Assembly (NCBI GenBank): GCA_012295275.1
Contig: CM022678.1
Coordinates: forward strand, 11,904,001-11,968,000
Reading direction: 5' to 3'
Source: Chrysomallon squamiferum
Lineage: Eukaryota > Animalia > Mollusca
Length of the DNA: 64,000 nt
Position 1 is the stretch's first letter, and each line of letters opens with the position of its first letter. Made by a program: the position numbers and the translations under genes. Positions 1-14,529 of the stretch are shown here, one piece after another. A model generated the notes under the pieces. The model saw only the letters and a program-made list of their open reading frames with translations. It did no database searches and was not told the DNA's origin.

Positions 1-86
1 GCAACCCACACGACACATTATTTGAACTACAGAGATCCTGCTAAGATCACAGATAAAACAACTAACGAGTTGATGTTAATTTTCAC

Positions 87-183
87 CTGAACAAAGCCGA
101 AGGGGAAGTCGGGTCGAGTCTCGCCGAGTGAGACGTGGTGAAACTTGATTCTCCAGTCTTTGATCACAGCAGGAAACTGACAC
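87..183 (-). CDS. SIAE: Sialate O-acetylesterase exon, 3' part (CQFPAVIKDWRIKFHHVSLGETRPDFPFGFVQ), ending at a GT donor
   Basis: Manual minus-strand translation resembles human SIAE as I recall it (CTFPALIEDWRETFHRGSQGQTERFFPFGLVQ). Phase-0 donor CAG|GTGAAA at 87/86. The 5' part of the exon is lost in the adjacent array. Confidence 0.85.
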
Positions 184-917
184 GAGTGAGACGTGGTGAA
201 ACTTGATTCTCCAGTCTTTGATCACAGCAGGAAACTGACACGAGTGAGACGTGGTGAAACTTGATTCTCCAGTCTTTGATCACAGCAGGAAACTGACACG
301 AGTGAGACGTGGTGAAACTTGATTCTCCAGTCTTTGATCACAGCAGGAAACTGACACGAGTGAGACGTGGTGAAACTTGATTCTCCAGTCTTTGATCACA
401 GCAGGAAACTGACACGAGTGAGACGTGGTGAAACTTGATTCTCCAGTCTTTGATCACAGCAGGAAACTGACACGAGTGAGACGTGGTGAAACTTGATTCT
501 CCAGTCTTTGATCACAGCAGGAAACTGACACGAGTGAGACGTGGTGAAACTTGATTCTCCAGTCTTTGATCACAGCAGGAAACTGACACGAGTGAGACGT
601 GGTGAAACTTGATTCTCCAGTCTTTGATCACAGCAGGAAACTGACACGAGTGAGACGTGGTGAAACTTGATTCTCCAGTCTTTGATCACAGCAGGAAACT
701 GACACGAGTGAGACGTGGTGAAACTTGATTCTCCAGTCTTTGATCACAGCAGGAAACTGACACGAGTGAGACGTGGTGAAACTTGATTCTCCAGTCTTTG
801 ATCACAGCAGGAAACTGACACGAGTGAGACGTGGTGAAACTTGATTCTCCAGTCTTTGATCACAGCAGGAAACTGACACGAGTGAGACGTGGTGAAACTT
901 GATTCTCCAGTCTTTGA
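126..917. repeat. 58-bp minisatellite, about 13.6 near-perfect copies, degenerating to ~1300; the unit is SIAE coding sequence
   Basis: Unit gagtgagacgtggtgaaacttgattctccagtctttgatcacagcaggaaactgacac recurs at 126, 184, 242 and onward. Confidence 0.95.
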
Positions 918-1361
918 TATACACAGGAAATATACACAGAGACGTGGTGAAACACATTCTCCAGTCTTTGACACACAAACACAAATTTACATACATCACA
1001 TACAAAAAGTATAAACTTTTCTCCAGTCTTTGATCACACAGGAAACTGACACAGTGAGACATGGAAACATTCTCCAGTCTTTGATCACAACAAAACATAA
1101 AGGAAAAGAACAACTCCAGTCTTTGACATAGAGGAAACTGCAACTGTAACATGAACGACCAGTCTTTGACAACAAAAGGAAAACACGAATTAGACGTGGT
1201 GACCAGATGGCTTTATCACAGCAGTAGGTAAACTGTGTTGATCATCGCGTTCCAAAAACTGACACGAGTGAGACGTGGTGAAACTAGATTCTCCAGTTCT
1301 GAATTACAGCAAAACTAGCAGAACGTATTAAACTTGAAAATAGTATTTAAAAAAACCTGCC

Positions 1362-1620
1362 GACTGTTTGTGTAAATATAAATTTAGACTGTGACTGTGT
1401 AAATATAAATTTAGTCTGTTTGTGTAAATATAAAAACTTGATTAGACTGTTTGTGTAAATATAAATTTAGACTGTTTGTGTAAATATAAATTTAGACTGT
1501 TTGTGTAAATATAAATTTAGACTGTTTGTGTAAATATAAATTTAGACTGTTTGTGTAAATATAAATTTAGACTGTTTGTGTAAATATAAATTTAGACTGT
1601 TTGTCTAAATATAAATTTAG
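1362..1620. repeat. 25-bp tandem repeat (gactgtttgtgtaaatataaattta); degenerate copies again at ~2204-2520
   Basis: Period 25 seen at 1445, 1470, 1495 and onward. On the minus strand it starts just after a GTGAGA donor-like site near 1633, so it is probably intronic. Confidence 0.9.
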
Positions 1621-2521
1621 ATTCTGTTCTCACGCTGCGTGTTTTGGAAAAATTCCGGAAACCAGTTTTGTTAAAACAACAAAAAAAAAAAACAAAACAA
1701 AAAAAACAAAAAAAAAACAAAACAAAAAACGAAAAAACAGAATTTCCAGTTTTGATCTAATCTGAACAGATGATTTCAAAATAAAACAAGAAGAAGAAAA
1801 ATAAATAAATGGTGAAACAAAACAACAGGAAACAACAGAATAACTGGTGAAACTTATCGTTTAGTTTTACTATTTTGACAATTGTTAAACAAGATATACA
1901 CAGAGAAGACCACGTTTTCTGGTCCCAAAACAAGCATTTCCGATAGATGTGTCTTTTTTTTTGTCTTTTTACTTTGCTGTTAAATGTAATATTTCTGAAC
2001 TGTCTGGAAGAAGAAGATATGAATGTTTTAGATTGCAACATTTATTTTTTGTGGTTTGTCTCTCTTTCTCTTTTTCTCTGCCTGTGTGTTTTGGTCTCTG
2101 TGTGTGGGTGTGTGTTTGTGTACATATAGATGTTCTAGGAGATCTGAATTAAGTAAAATTTAAAGCAGAACGTGAAAAATGTTATTTTGTAAAAATCCAG
2201 AGAGACTGTTTGTGTAAAAATAAATTTAGACTGTTTGTGAAATTTAAATTTAGACGTGTTTGTGTAAATGTAAATTTTTGACTTGTGTAAATATAAATTT
2301 TTCTGTTATAAATGTAAATGTGTGTAAATATAAATTTAGTTCTGTTTGTGTAAATATAATTATTATGTTCTGATAATGTGTGGATGTATCGTGTTTAGTC
2401 TTTTTTTTGATGTTCTGATATTTCTGAATGTGTAAACTGTGTGGACTGTATTTAGACTGTTTGTGTAAATATAAACAGTCTGTTTGTGTAAATCTAAATT
2501 TAAACTGTGAAATGTTCAAAC

Positions 2522-4317
2522 TGTTTGTGGACTGTATCGTGTCTGCTTGAAACACTCTGATGTTCTGATAATGTGTGTGGACTGTATCGTGTCTGCTTGA
2601 AACACTCTGATGTTCTGATAATGTGTGTATACTTTATCGCGTTTGTGTAAAACACTATGATGTTCTGTTTGTGTGTGGATAAATTTTGTTCTTCTGATAA
2701 TGTGTGGGACTGTATCGTGTCTGCTTGAAACACTCTGATGTTCTGATAATGTGTGTGGACTGTATCGTGTCTGCTTGAAACACTCTGATGTTCTGATAAT
2801 GTGTGTGGACTGTATCGTGTCTGCTTGAAACACTCTGATGTTCTGATAATGTGTGTGGACTGTATCGTGTCTGCTTGAAACACTCTGATGTTCTGATAAT
2901 GTGTGTGGACTGTATCGTGTCTGATTGAAACACTCTGATGTTCTGATAATGTGTGTGGACTGTATCGTGTCTGCTTGAAACACTCTGATGTTCTGATAAT
3001 GTGTGTGGACTGTATCGTGTCTGCTTGAAACACTCTGATGTTCTGATAATGTGTGTGGACTGTATCGTGTCTGCTTGAAACACTCTGATGTTCTGATAAT
3101 GTGTGTGGACTGTATCGTGTCTGATTGAAACACTCTGATGTTCTGATAATGTGTTCTGAAAACACGTCATGTTCTTGAAACACTGTAATGTGTGTGGACG
3201 TATCGTGTCTGAAAGAAACACTCTGATGTTCTGTCTGATTGAAACACTCTGATGTTCTGATTCTGATAATGTGTGGACTGTATCGTGTCTGATTGAAACA
3301 CTCTGATGTTCTGATAATGTGTGTGGACTGTATCGTGTCTGATTGAAACACTCTGATGTTCTGATAATGTGTGTGGACTGTATCGTGTCTGATTGAAACA
3401 CTCTGATGTTCTGATAATGTGTGTGGACTGTATCGTGTCTGCTTGAAACACTCTGATGTTCTGATAATGTGTGTGGACTGTATCGTGTCTGCGTGAAACA
3501 CTCTGATGTTCTGATAATGTGTGTGGACTGTATCGTGTCTGCTTGAAACACTCTGATGTTCTGATAATGTGTGTGGACTGTATCGTGTCCGCTTGAAACA
3601 CTCTGATGTTCTGATAATGTGTGTGGACTGTATCGTGTCTGATTGAAACACTCTGATGTTCTGATAATGTGTGTGGACTGTATCGTGTCTGCTTGAAACA
3701 CTCTGATGTTCTGATAATGTGTGTGGACTGTATCGTGTCTGCTTGAAACACTCTGATGTTCTGATAATGTGTGTGGACTGTATCGTGTCTGCTTGAAACA
3801 CTCTGATGTTCTGATAATGTGTGTGGACTGTATCGTGTCTGCTTGAAACACTCTGATGTTCTGATAATGTGTGTGGACTGTATCGTGTCTGCTTGAAACA
3901 CTCTGATGTTCTGATAATGTGTGTGGACTGTATCGTGTCTGCTTGAAACACTCTGATGTTCTGATAATGTGTGTGGACTGTATCGTGTCTGCTTGAAACA
4001 CTCTGATGTTCTGATAATGTGTGTGGACTGTATCGTGTCTGCTTGAAACACTCTGATGTTCTGATAATGTGTGTGGACTGTATCGTGTCTGCTTGAAACA
4101 CTCTGATGTTCTGATAATGTGTGTGGACTGTATCGTGTCTGCTTGAAACACTCTGATGTTCTGATAATGTGTGTGGACTGTATCGTGTCTGCTTGAAACA
4201 CTCTGATGTTCTGATAATGTGTGTGGACTGTATCGTGTCTGCTTGAAACACTCTGATGTTCTGATAATGTGTGTGGACTGTATCGTGTCTGCTTGAAACA
4301 CTCTGATGTTCTGATAA
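2522..4317. repeat. 50-bp minisatellite, about 36 copies; the unit is SIAE coding sequence
   Basis: Unit tgtgtgtggactgtatcgtgtctgcttgaaacactctgatgttctgataa, with C/A variants (gcttg/gattg). It explains the 400-580 aa repetitive ORFs. Confidence 0.97.
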
Positions 4318-4355
4318 TCATCTGCAGACGACAGCTCGTAGCTCGCGTTAAAAAC
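4269..4355 (-). CDS. SIAE: Sialate O-acetylesterase exon, 5' part (VFNASYELSSADDYQNIRVFQADTIQSTH)
   Basis: Acceptor ttaattccag|GTT at 4356/4355. Translation resembles human SIAE as recalled (IFNATRELSNTAAYQSVRILSVSPIQA). Its order relative to the exon at 87-183 is colinear with SIAE. Confidence 0.75.
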
Positions 4356-4415
4356 CTGGAATTAAAACACAGTGTTATATTAATGTAGTGCACGTCTAAT
4401 GTGTTTTTGTGTGTG

Positions 4416-5447
<1,032 letters not shown>

Positions 5448-6843
5448 GATACCCGAAATTTGGCACAACATTAAGAGCGCTTCCCACATTAGAGTAAGTT
5501 TTCTCATATAAGATTTGGGGAATGGAATTAAGCTATGAGAAGTTATAACATGGTTTTGGGAGTTCACAGCTGTACTTACTAATCAGTGTAAATTTGAGAT
5601 AATACACCATATATAACGATTATCACATGTGATACAAGATATATCTCACAGATAAGATTATCACTGTTATATATATGCAGACTTTAAGTTAGTCTTATTT
5701 GTGTGTAGACATCTGGATTTTTTAGAACATTAGTTCTGAGTGTTTGACAATTTCAGGTTCATTCAGGTGTACACATGAGGTGTGATGCAAATCTTTTATT
5801 ACAAGGAATACAATATCACAAATATACGCAAACTTGAAATATAATTGTAAACTAATCTAATCTCTCTCTTTCTGAGCTAAACCTACAAATGTGTGTGTGT
5901 GTGTGTAACAAATCTAACTGAGTAAAATTATAATTTTCTCTCAGCATAACTAAATTGATTTCCTGATGTTAATTATTTTATGAAGTGTGGTGATAATCTG
6001 CTGCTGATTCGCGCTCTGTTTATCTACAGCTTCGTGAATAAATGCAGAGAGAAGTGGACGGAATTTTTACTTAGCGCCATTTAATAGGTTATTTTGTATC
6101 TTTTTTGTTCTATTTCTTATAGCTTTTCACATCTCATTCGATTTCTTTACTGAAGCAAAACTTACTATGCTGACTGTTTGCATGTGTGAACAATAACGAA
6201 TATACGAGTGTTTTATAATTGTCGAGGTCACACTCCACACACAGTCATATTGAAGATGTGATCGTTTTATTAAGTAATGAAATAAAATACAAGATTAGAA
6301 GTAAAGTTGTTTTAACAAAGCACTGGGCAGCGTCAAGTCGGCACCCATGTCCGTAAATATGTCACGTGATTTTTTATAGGAAGAAACATATTTATAGAAT
6401 TTTAATGTGAATTATTTGAAGTCAGCTGTTAGAAGATGATAACAAGATGATAACGAGGTTTCTACGTAAGTTGATAATCTACTGAAAATATTTCATGAAC
6501 TTCAAAAATGTATTTTAATGTTTATTCAGTATATGCACTTTTTAATTAGATAGTCTTTCAATACTTTTGACATGCTTAAAACAGATTCAGCTCAGACATT
6601 CATTTTACCCTTTCTATCGCCTTAGCATCAACTGCATCTTGGTTTGAAATCTTTTCAAAAACTATCTTTTAATTTATTGTTTTAAGTAATTGTAGTAATA
6701 TACCAGAGTAAAATATTTCAGTTTTTAACAGTGATATTGAAAATGTTTAATTGTGCACACATGAATATAGGGAGCACTGAATCATTAACATCCAATATGG
6801 CGTCTGATGTCTTTCTATTACCTAGTGCCTTGTTTGTGAATTC

Positions 6844-6845
6844 AA

Positions 6846-6927
<82 letters not shown>
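6844..6927. repeat. (AAT)n microsatellite
   Basis: Seen directly; similar tracts at ~8552-8646, 18726-18858 and 19364-19482. Confidence 0.95.
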
Positions 6928-6929
<2 letters not shown>

Positions 6930-7208
6930 AATAAACAAAAAAATAAACTAAATTAAACTGACCATTCTGATTATAAAACAGTTTTATAAATTTCTCAGCC
7001 GTTATATTCAGCTGTTAAATCTCAGTAGTGCACTTTTTAAAACCTTCCGCTTCTGTGAAACAGCCATTTGTGTGATGTACGTAAAAACAAGAAAAAACAG
7101 AAATGAATTACTTCATTAACAGTTTATGCTTTTATTATTACTATTATTATTTTTATTTTTATTTTTATTTCTCAACAATCACTCTATTTTTCAACAATCA
7201 ATCTATTT

Positions 7209-7248
<40 letters not shown>

Positions 7249-7694
7249 ATATATACACACACACACAATTGTTTTTCACTTTCAAAGGTAAATTAGAATA
7301 TGCTAGCAGATTTTTTTATTTATTAACTCTCTCTCTCTCTTATATAGTCAAGCAGCCGTGAGGTTGCCATGACAACTCATACCATGCATTACTTAATTGC
7401 AGTGTGTTTTTCTTGAACAATACAGGAAATTTACTTTATCTAATGAAGAAAACAAAAGTAATATACATTTATAAAATATATTTATTATGTTAATTGAATT
7501 ACAATACACTCTATAATAATAACTGTTATTTTAAAATGCTAGCAGTTTAATGGACTTTTACTATCAAGGGTTACTTACTTAGGTATCATCCCATTTGTTA
7601 CACATCCATTTGTCACAGACCTTGTAACAAAACAGTTCATAATCGAGTGAATTGGTAAATCAGAGGCAACTGATCCGTATTACAATTTATCAGA

Positions 7695-7729
<35 letters not shown>

Positions 7730-8548
7730 AAACAAAGCAGTTTAAAGTGATTTAATTTAGTTGTATTGGAAAGTTATTTAATTCCCATCGCTAATCCCAA
7801 CAAAAACAGCAGCTTAAGACACACGCACTATCACGTGACTTGAACAACCAACCAGACCAAGTATTTTGTTAATCTGATTTCCTGTTTCTAAAAATGAAAA
7901 CAAAAATATCTTGTGACAATCGTAGAGAAAATAACTGCGGTACAAAACGTACATAAAGTACAGAAAGTACATAAAGTACATAAAGTACACAAAGTACATA
8001 AAGTACACAAAGTACACAAAGTACATACACAGGTCTCAACTATATAAATATTAGGATTTTCTTTCTTTCTTTCTGGCTATTATTATTATTATTATTATTA
8101 TTATCATCATTATCACATTTGCTCATTTCTTTCTATTTGGTTATTCTCATTGTATTTAGTAACTGAATAAAATGAAAAGTTAATATTATACAAATTAGGC
8201 TTAATTAGTTCTTCAGCTGTAAGAACTTGGTGTGTAACAAATGAGAGACAAACAGCATTTGTCCAGTTTATCCATTAATCAAAGACACGGTTAATTATAA
8301 ACCACAGGCTGAACATTGATCTAGTTAGTTGATATACAAAATAAAGGCAGTTAGGGCACTGTACACTGCAAATTAGAACAAATATACAGAAGCTGACACA
8401 TTTCATACATTATTTATGTAACAGAGGCATAACCAGCAAAGGTTAGCACATTACACAATACTTTTTGTTTGTTTTTATTTTCTGTTTTATGTAACAGAAA
8501 AACAAACAAGTAAATTAAAAGTGAATCACTAAAAAGGCTTTTTTCATT

Positions 8549-8649
<101 letters not shown>

Positions 8650-8902
8650 TAAAATCAACAATAATAATAATGAAATAAAATAAATTAAATTTTAATATTA
8701 TATTTTTTTATTTTTATTTTTTATTTAATTATTTTTAAATCTAAAATTACCTCACATAATAAAACAAAAGTTCAAAATTCAATAGTAATAATAATAATAA
8801 TAATAATAATTTATACAGTACAATTATTCAGTGTAATTTAAGGATCAGAAATTATACCAAATAATTTTGAATAATAATACTAGTGATGACAAAACAAATT
8901 AC

Positions 8903-8943
<41 letters not shown>

Positions 8944-11304
8944 TTTAATGGAATAAAAAAGTTTAAATTTACTCCTCACTATAACATTCTACAGTATTTA
9001 ATAATAATTTTAAAAATGCATAATTTAATAACAAAATGATTTTATGTATGAAATAATTTCAACAAGGAAAGAAACATCAAGACAGGCCAGAAACAAATTT
9101 ATATAAAACAATCATTCAGTGTAAACACATTCCTAAAAATCATTTTTAATAAAAATAAAAATTCATCACAAAAAAAATTAATTTCATGCAAGATTATTAC
9201 AAATAAAATGAATCAGTTTTTACTTCACTCATAGTTCAAACTGATAAATGTAAACATTAAATAAAAATAATCCTATTTTAAACTTACATTTAGTTTAATA
9301 ATTTTTCACTATTTTACAATTATTAAATAGATAACTGTAAATATTAACTAAAAATAATCCTAATTTAAACTTAAATTTACTTTACTATATATTTTATATT
9401 TACAATTATTAAATAAATAAATGTAAACATTAGAAATTACAAATTTTTCTAATTTAAACTTAAATTTATTTTATTAATCATTCACTATTTTATAATTACT
9501 GAAGTCATATGCAGACATTGTTAAATAAATATGTTCCTAATATATACTTACATTTATTATTTATCGAATATTTTATAATGATTAAACACACAGATATATA
9601 AATATATATATTTCCTCATCCACATAATTATATATATATAAAACACTATAATAGTTATCTGTTCTATATGTCAAAAAGAAATAAGGGTATCAAAATATTA
9701 ACTGTACATTACAGTGCATTGTTAACTAACTATTAAATATGTAAATGCAGATAAAATGTATTGAAAATAAAAACTTACATTTTCTTTATTAATTTTGTTA
9801 CTCTCTATTTTCTGTTATGACAGAAAGTTATGATACAAACAATAAAAAATATATATATACACACACACCCACACACATACAAACACATATCATAATTATA
9901 AACATAATAAAATATTTAGTAACTACAGATCTATATATATATATATATATATATATGATAATATAATACATTAAAAAAGTATTACAATTTATTTATTAAA
10001 TACAAACATTTTATCATATAATGTCTATAAAAATCTTATATGAAACATTGTAATAGTTGTTCACTTCCTATAAACACAGTGAATATATTTAGTAACAACA
10101 GATCTATTTTACATAAAAAAGAAGAAAGAATTCTATATATATATATATATAAATATATGAATATATATTAAAAAATATTACAATATATTTATTAAAAACA
10201 AAATTTTTATAAAATAAGTCTATAAAATCTTATATTAAACATTGTAATACTAGTTTACTTGCCATAAACACACTGAAAATATTTAGTTCTACAGAACTAT
10301 TTTGTTATAAAATAAAAATGTAAATAAACATTACATTAGTCTAAACACAGTAAAACATTCATTTAGCATGATAGAACTATTTTGTAAAGTAAACAAAAAA
10401 AAAAAAAAATTCCTTTACATTTAACATTAATATACAATTTTACTTAGTAAAAACATTATAAAACAGCACTATTTTATAAAATAAAACCTATGTATTTTAA
10501 AAATCATCAACTCAACATTAAAACACAACTTTAATTACAACATCCTGTTTAACAGATATGTTCACACATGAACAGCAACACAAGTAATAATCAAGTCATC
10601 ATGAATAAAAACTGCCTAAATTTTCACTGGCTGAATAACCTGATGAAAATTAACATCAGTATTAGTATTGTTGTATTATTATTATTAACCCTAACTTATC
10701 TTAACATCTTTTTAAACTGAATTGTGTAATAAATCCCCCAAAGTGTTCGAGTGAAAAGTAAAAATCAAGTGAAAATTACGTAAAGATGCACAGTATTATA
10801 TTATTTCTTGTTACGTAAAAATACAAACAGACAACACAGTATTTAAACAGAAACAAAAGACTATACAACAGGAATACAACAAATTATACAGTTTGGTACA
10901 ATATTTCAATAGATACAATATATTATACAATATGGTAATACAATATTTGTACAGAAATAGAAACTATTCCATACATCAATACAATCTTTGAACTGATAAA
11001 ATAGACTTTATCAGTCATTAGCACAATATTTCAACAGATGTAATAGTTATACAATAACTGTACAGAAACAAAAACTACATTAATACAATACTTGAATAAA
11101 TACAATAGACTATAATATGGTAATACCTGTATATAAACCAATAACTTTATCATACGTTATTTAAATAGAAACAGCAGAGTACGCAGTATGGTAATGCAGT
11201 ATCTGAATATAAACAATTTACAGTATCTAGATGTGGGCCATTCCATGCTATTTGATCCATGGTATGCAAATTTTAAAATAATCCACTAAACTAAGAATTT
11301 ATTG

Positions 11305-11628
11305 ATAATGAAAGTTAAAATCATTAAACATGTAAAAGTATGTTGTAATTAACAATTTACTTGTGTTTTATGAAAGTTAAAATCATTAAACATGTAAAAA
11401 TATGTTGTTATTAACAGTTTAAAAGTATGTTGTTATTAACAGTTTAAAAGTATGTTGTTATTAACAGTTTAAAAGTATGTTATTATTAACAATTTACTTC
11501 TGTTTTATGAAAGTTAAAATCATTAAACATGTAAAAGTATGTTGTTATTAACAGTTTACTTGTTTTATGAAAGTTAAAATCATTAAACATGTAAAAATAT
11601 GTTGTTATTAACAGTTTACTTGTTTTAT
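11305..11628. repeat. ~59-bp tandem repeat running into the assembly gap
   Basis: atgaaagttaaaatcattaaacatgtaaaagtatgttgttattaacagtttacttgtttt repeats about 4 times, with internal 25-bp sub-duplications. Confidence 0.85.
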
Positions 11629-11828
11629 NNNNNNNNNNNNNNNNNNNNNNNNNNNNNNNNNNNNNNNNNNNNNNNNNNNNNNNNNNNNNNNNNNNNNNNN
11701 NNNNNNNNNNNNNNNNNNNNNNNNNNNNNNNNNNNNNNNNNNNNNNNNNNNNNNNNNNNNNNNNNNNNNNNNNNNNNNNNNNNNNNNNNNNNNNNNNNNN
11801 NNNNNNNNNNNNNNNNNNNNNNNNNNNN
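11629..11828. other. Assembly gap (200 N)
   Basis: Run of N; the order and orientation of the two sides cannot be checked from the sequence. Confidence 0.99.
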
Positions 11829-12874
11829 ATTTAAGTTGTTCATTTCAAAAGACGTTTGTCGACTTCATCAAGAGACTGGAAAAAAGTGAGCACTGCAAAA
11901 TTCTGTTTCCAGAATAAGTCATTTTATTTTATTTCTATACCAAATTGTATGAAATAAATTCAGTATTTCAGTAAAGTTTAAATAATTACTTTGATTTTTA
12001 ATCCGCAGCATGTTTTTCAAATGTCTCTTATCACTTATCTTAGAATTATCTTAGTAAAAGAGGTTTTAAACGATGGATATTATGGACTACTCAGACTTAT
12101 CATTAATAATATCGTCATACTTTTCATTAAATATTTCATTAAATATTATATCCCCCCCCACCTGCAAATTACATAAAGCAAATTATAAATTATTTATTTA
12201 GGGAGATGACAACATACCCCCAAAAAAAAAAACATTTATTTATTTATTTATTTATTTATTGTTTCGTTTTTCATTTAACATAATCTACACTCAAATTCCA
12301 TACTTCGCACGTGCATCACAAATTGCAAGTCTGTGTAGTAGGCCTGTTATTGTGGATTCTGACAATTGTCTGGAATGTGGTTAATCACTATGGACAATTA
12401 CAACGTTGTTGTTTTTGTTGTTTTCGTTCTGTTGATGATACAGTTATTATCGTTTTGTTTTTAGTCATTTTTACGCAGACGATGAAACTCGTTCCGATCC
12501 TTCATTTATTTAATAATATTTATTGCCGTTCCCCACAGTTAACTTACATACAAATTTGTCAATTGTAAAATCATTATTAGAGTACCTTGATAAGTACAGA
12601 CTACACTGACAAGTACAAACGCACTATGTGATGTACTGATTTATCTATGTATGTATTATGTGTGTGTCAATGTGTGTGTTTGTGTATTTGTGTGTGTGTG
12701 TATTTGTGTGTGTGTGCGTATTTGTTTGTGTGTGTATTTGTGTGTGTGTGTTTGTGTGAGTGTTTGTGTGTGTGAGTGTTTGTGTGTGTGTGTGTTTGTA
12801 TTTGTGTGTGTGCGTATTTGTATTTGTGTGTATTTGTGTGTGTGTGCGTGTTTGTTTTTGTGTGTATTTGTGTA

Positions 12875-12906
<32 letters not shown>

Positions 12907-13529
12907 CGTGTTTCTAGGTCATAGACTTAAAAAGTTTCCACCTGTAAATTCAAAGTAATGCATTACGACCCGTCAGGTATTTCAGCTACTGCTAGAAGTC
13001 TAACGAGGGAGTTCTCTGTGATTAACAGGTTGAAACAAATCATTTAGTGGATTACAAAAGTTTACATGTCAGCTGTAGTGTCCTCCTTGTTAGTTCAGTT
13101 TGCACGTTTTTCACACACATCTAATTTCACTTTGTTTTCTTTCTTACTGAATGACAGCTTTCATATAAGATGCTAAATTAGCAGTTTTGATGTCAACATG
13201 TGTGTGTGAGCGTGTGTTAAATATACATAATATTTGAGATAATACAAATTTGTATACAAATTGTTTCTAGTCGAATCTAACTATAGAACTCAAAATGAAA
13301 AATGTTATATAAACTTTTTACAGTAACTCCGTAATACAATATGGTGACATTAACAGAACTAGTACTATTGCAATATTTTGCTCTAAAACATTTTGTAGAA
13401 ACAGGTGAATTCACAGAAAAAAATTATTTAGATCTTGCACGTGCACATTAGCCTTGGCGCAATATCTTGAAGTTTCACGTTTTGATTGAAATAACTGTAT
13501 TTAACACGTAAATTTACCTAAAACACCGT

Positions 13530-13567
13530 CTTCTTCTTCTTCTTCTTCTTCTTCTTCTTCTTCTTCT

Positions 13568-13645
<78 letters not shown>
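13530..13645. repeat. (CTT)n followed by (CT)n microsatellite
   Basis: Seen directly. Confidence 0.95.
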
Positions 13646-13649
<4 letters not shown>

Positions 13650-13952
13650 CTTTAGTCAAATATTAAATCAGTCTTTCAGTTGAAAAATACAAAAATGTGT
13701 TTTAACTCAAATGCCAGCGAAATCTTTTACATTGTCACTAATACTAATAACAAAAATAAAAATAAAAATAATTACAGACTGTAAAATTATCAGCTAAAAA
13801 AATAAAACGGATAAAACATACTCGTATTTTATTTTTTGAGTGTTTAGCATGGGTTACACTGGTAAATAATTTTAGAAACAAAACGTTTCCCTCTCTTTCA
13901 TTTTGCAGCTGTGTTTTTCTTATTAGTGTTATGTGCAGTCGTCATAGCAGTC

Positions 13953-13991
<39 letters not shown>

Positions 13992-14230
13992 TTGGTAATA
14001 AACAGCAAAAATAGCATTCGTAATATTGGTACAAGTAGTAGTAGTTGTAGTTGTAGTTGTAGTAATAGTATTAATGGCTGTAATAGTAATGGTGGTTACA
14101 GTAGCAGTAGTTGTGGTGGGTATTGGAAACAACAGTCGTTGTGGTAGTCATAATGTTATTGGGGTGATCGTTATCGTAGTAGATGTTAGTAGATGCAATA
14201 TTGGTGGTTATGTTACTAATAATGCTTCAT

Positions 14231-14261
<31 letters not shown>

Positions 14262-14529
14262 CACATCTTTATCTCCTTTATGTATATATGTACATTGAGT
14301 ACACATGTATACTCGCATACACAGAGAGTTTTTATCTTTATACATACATACATACATAAACATATACAATGTGTATACACAAACTATACATCGCTCACAC
14401 ACAAAAACACACGCGCGCTCACTAACATACTGTACACTCATGGACCTTTTTTGTGCGGTGATATCAAATGTATTATCTTTTTGACAGATTGCTTTTTTCA
14501 AAGTATAAATCTGTATCTATGTAAATATT

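Noticed and set aside
126-4317. CRISPR-like arrays
   Set aside because: The units are contiguous with no unique spacers, there are no cas genes, and the context is eukaryotic.
2500-4393. 583, 548 and 408 aa ORFs as standalone genes
   Set aside because: They are by-products of a stop-free 50-bp unit; only the SIAE-matching part is supported.
11230-11305. gggccattccatg as a DNA transposon TIR
   Set aside because: No matching opposite end was found, and the gap prevents checking.
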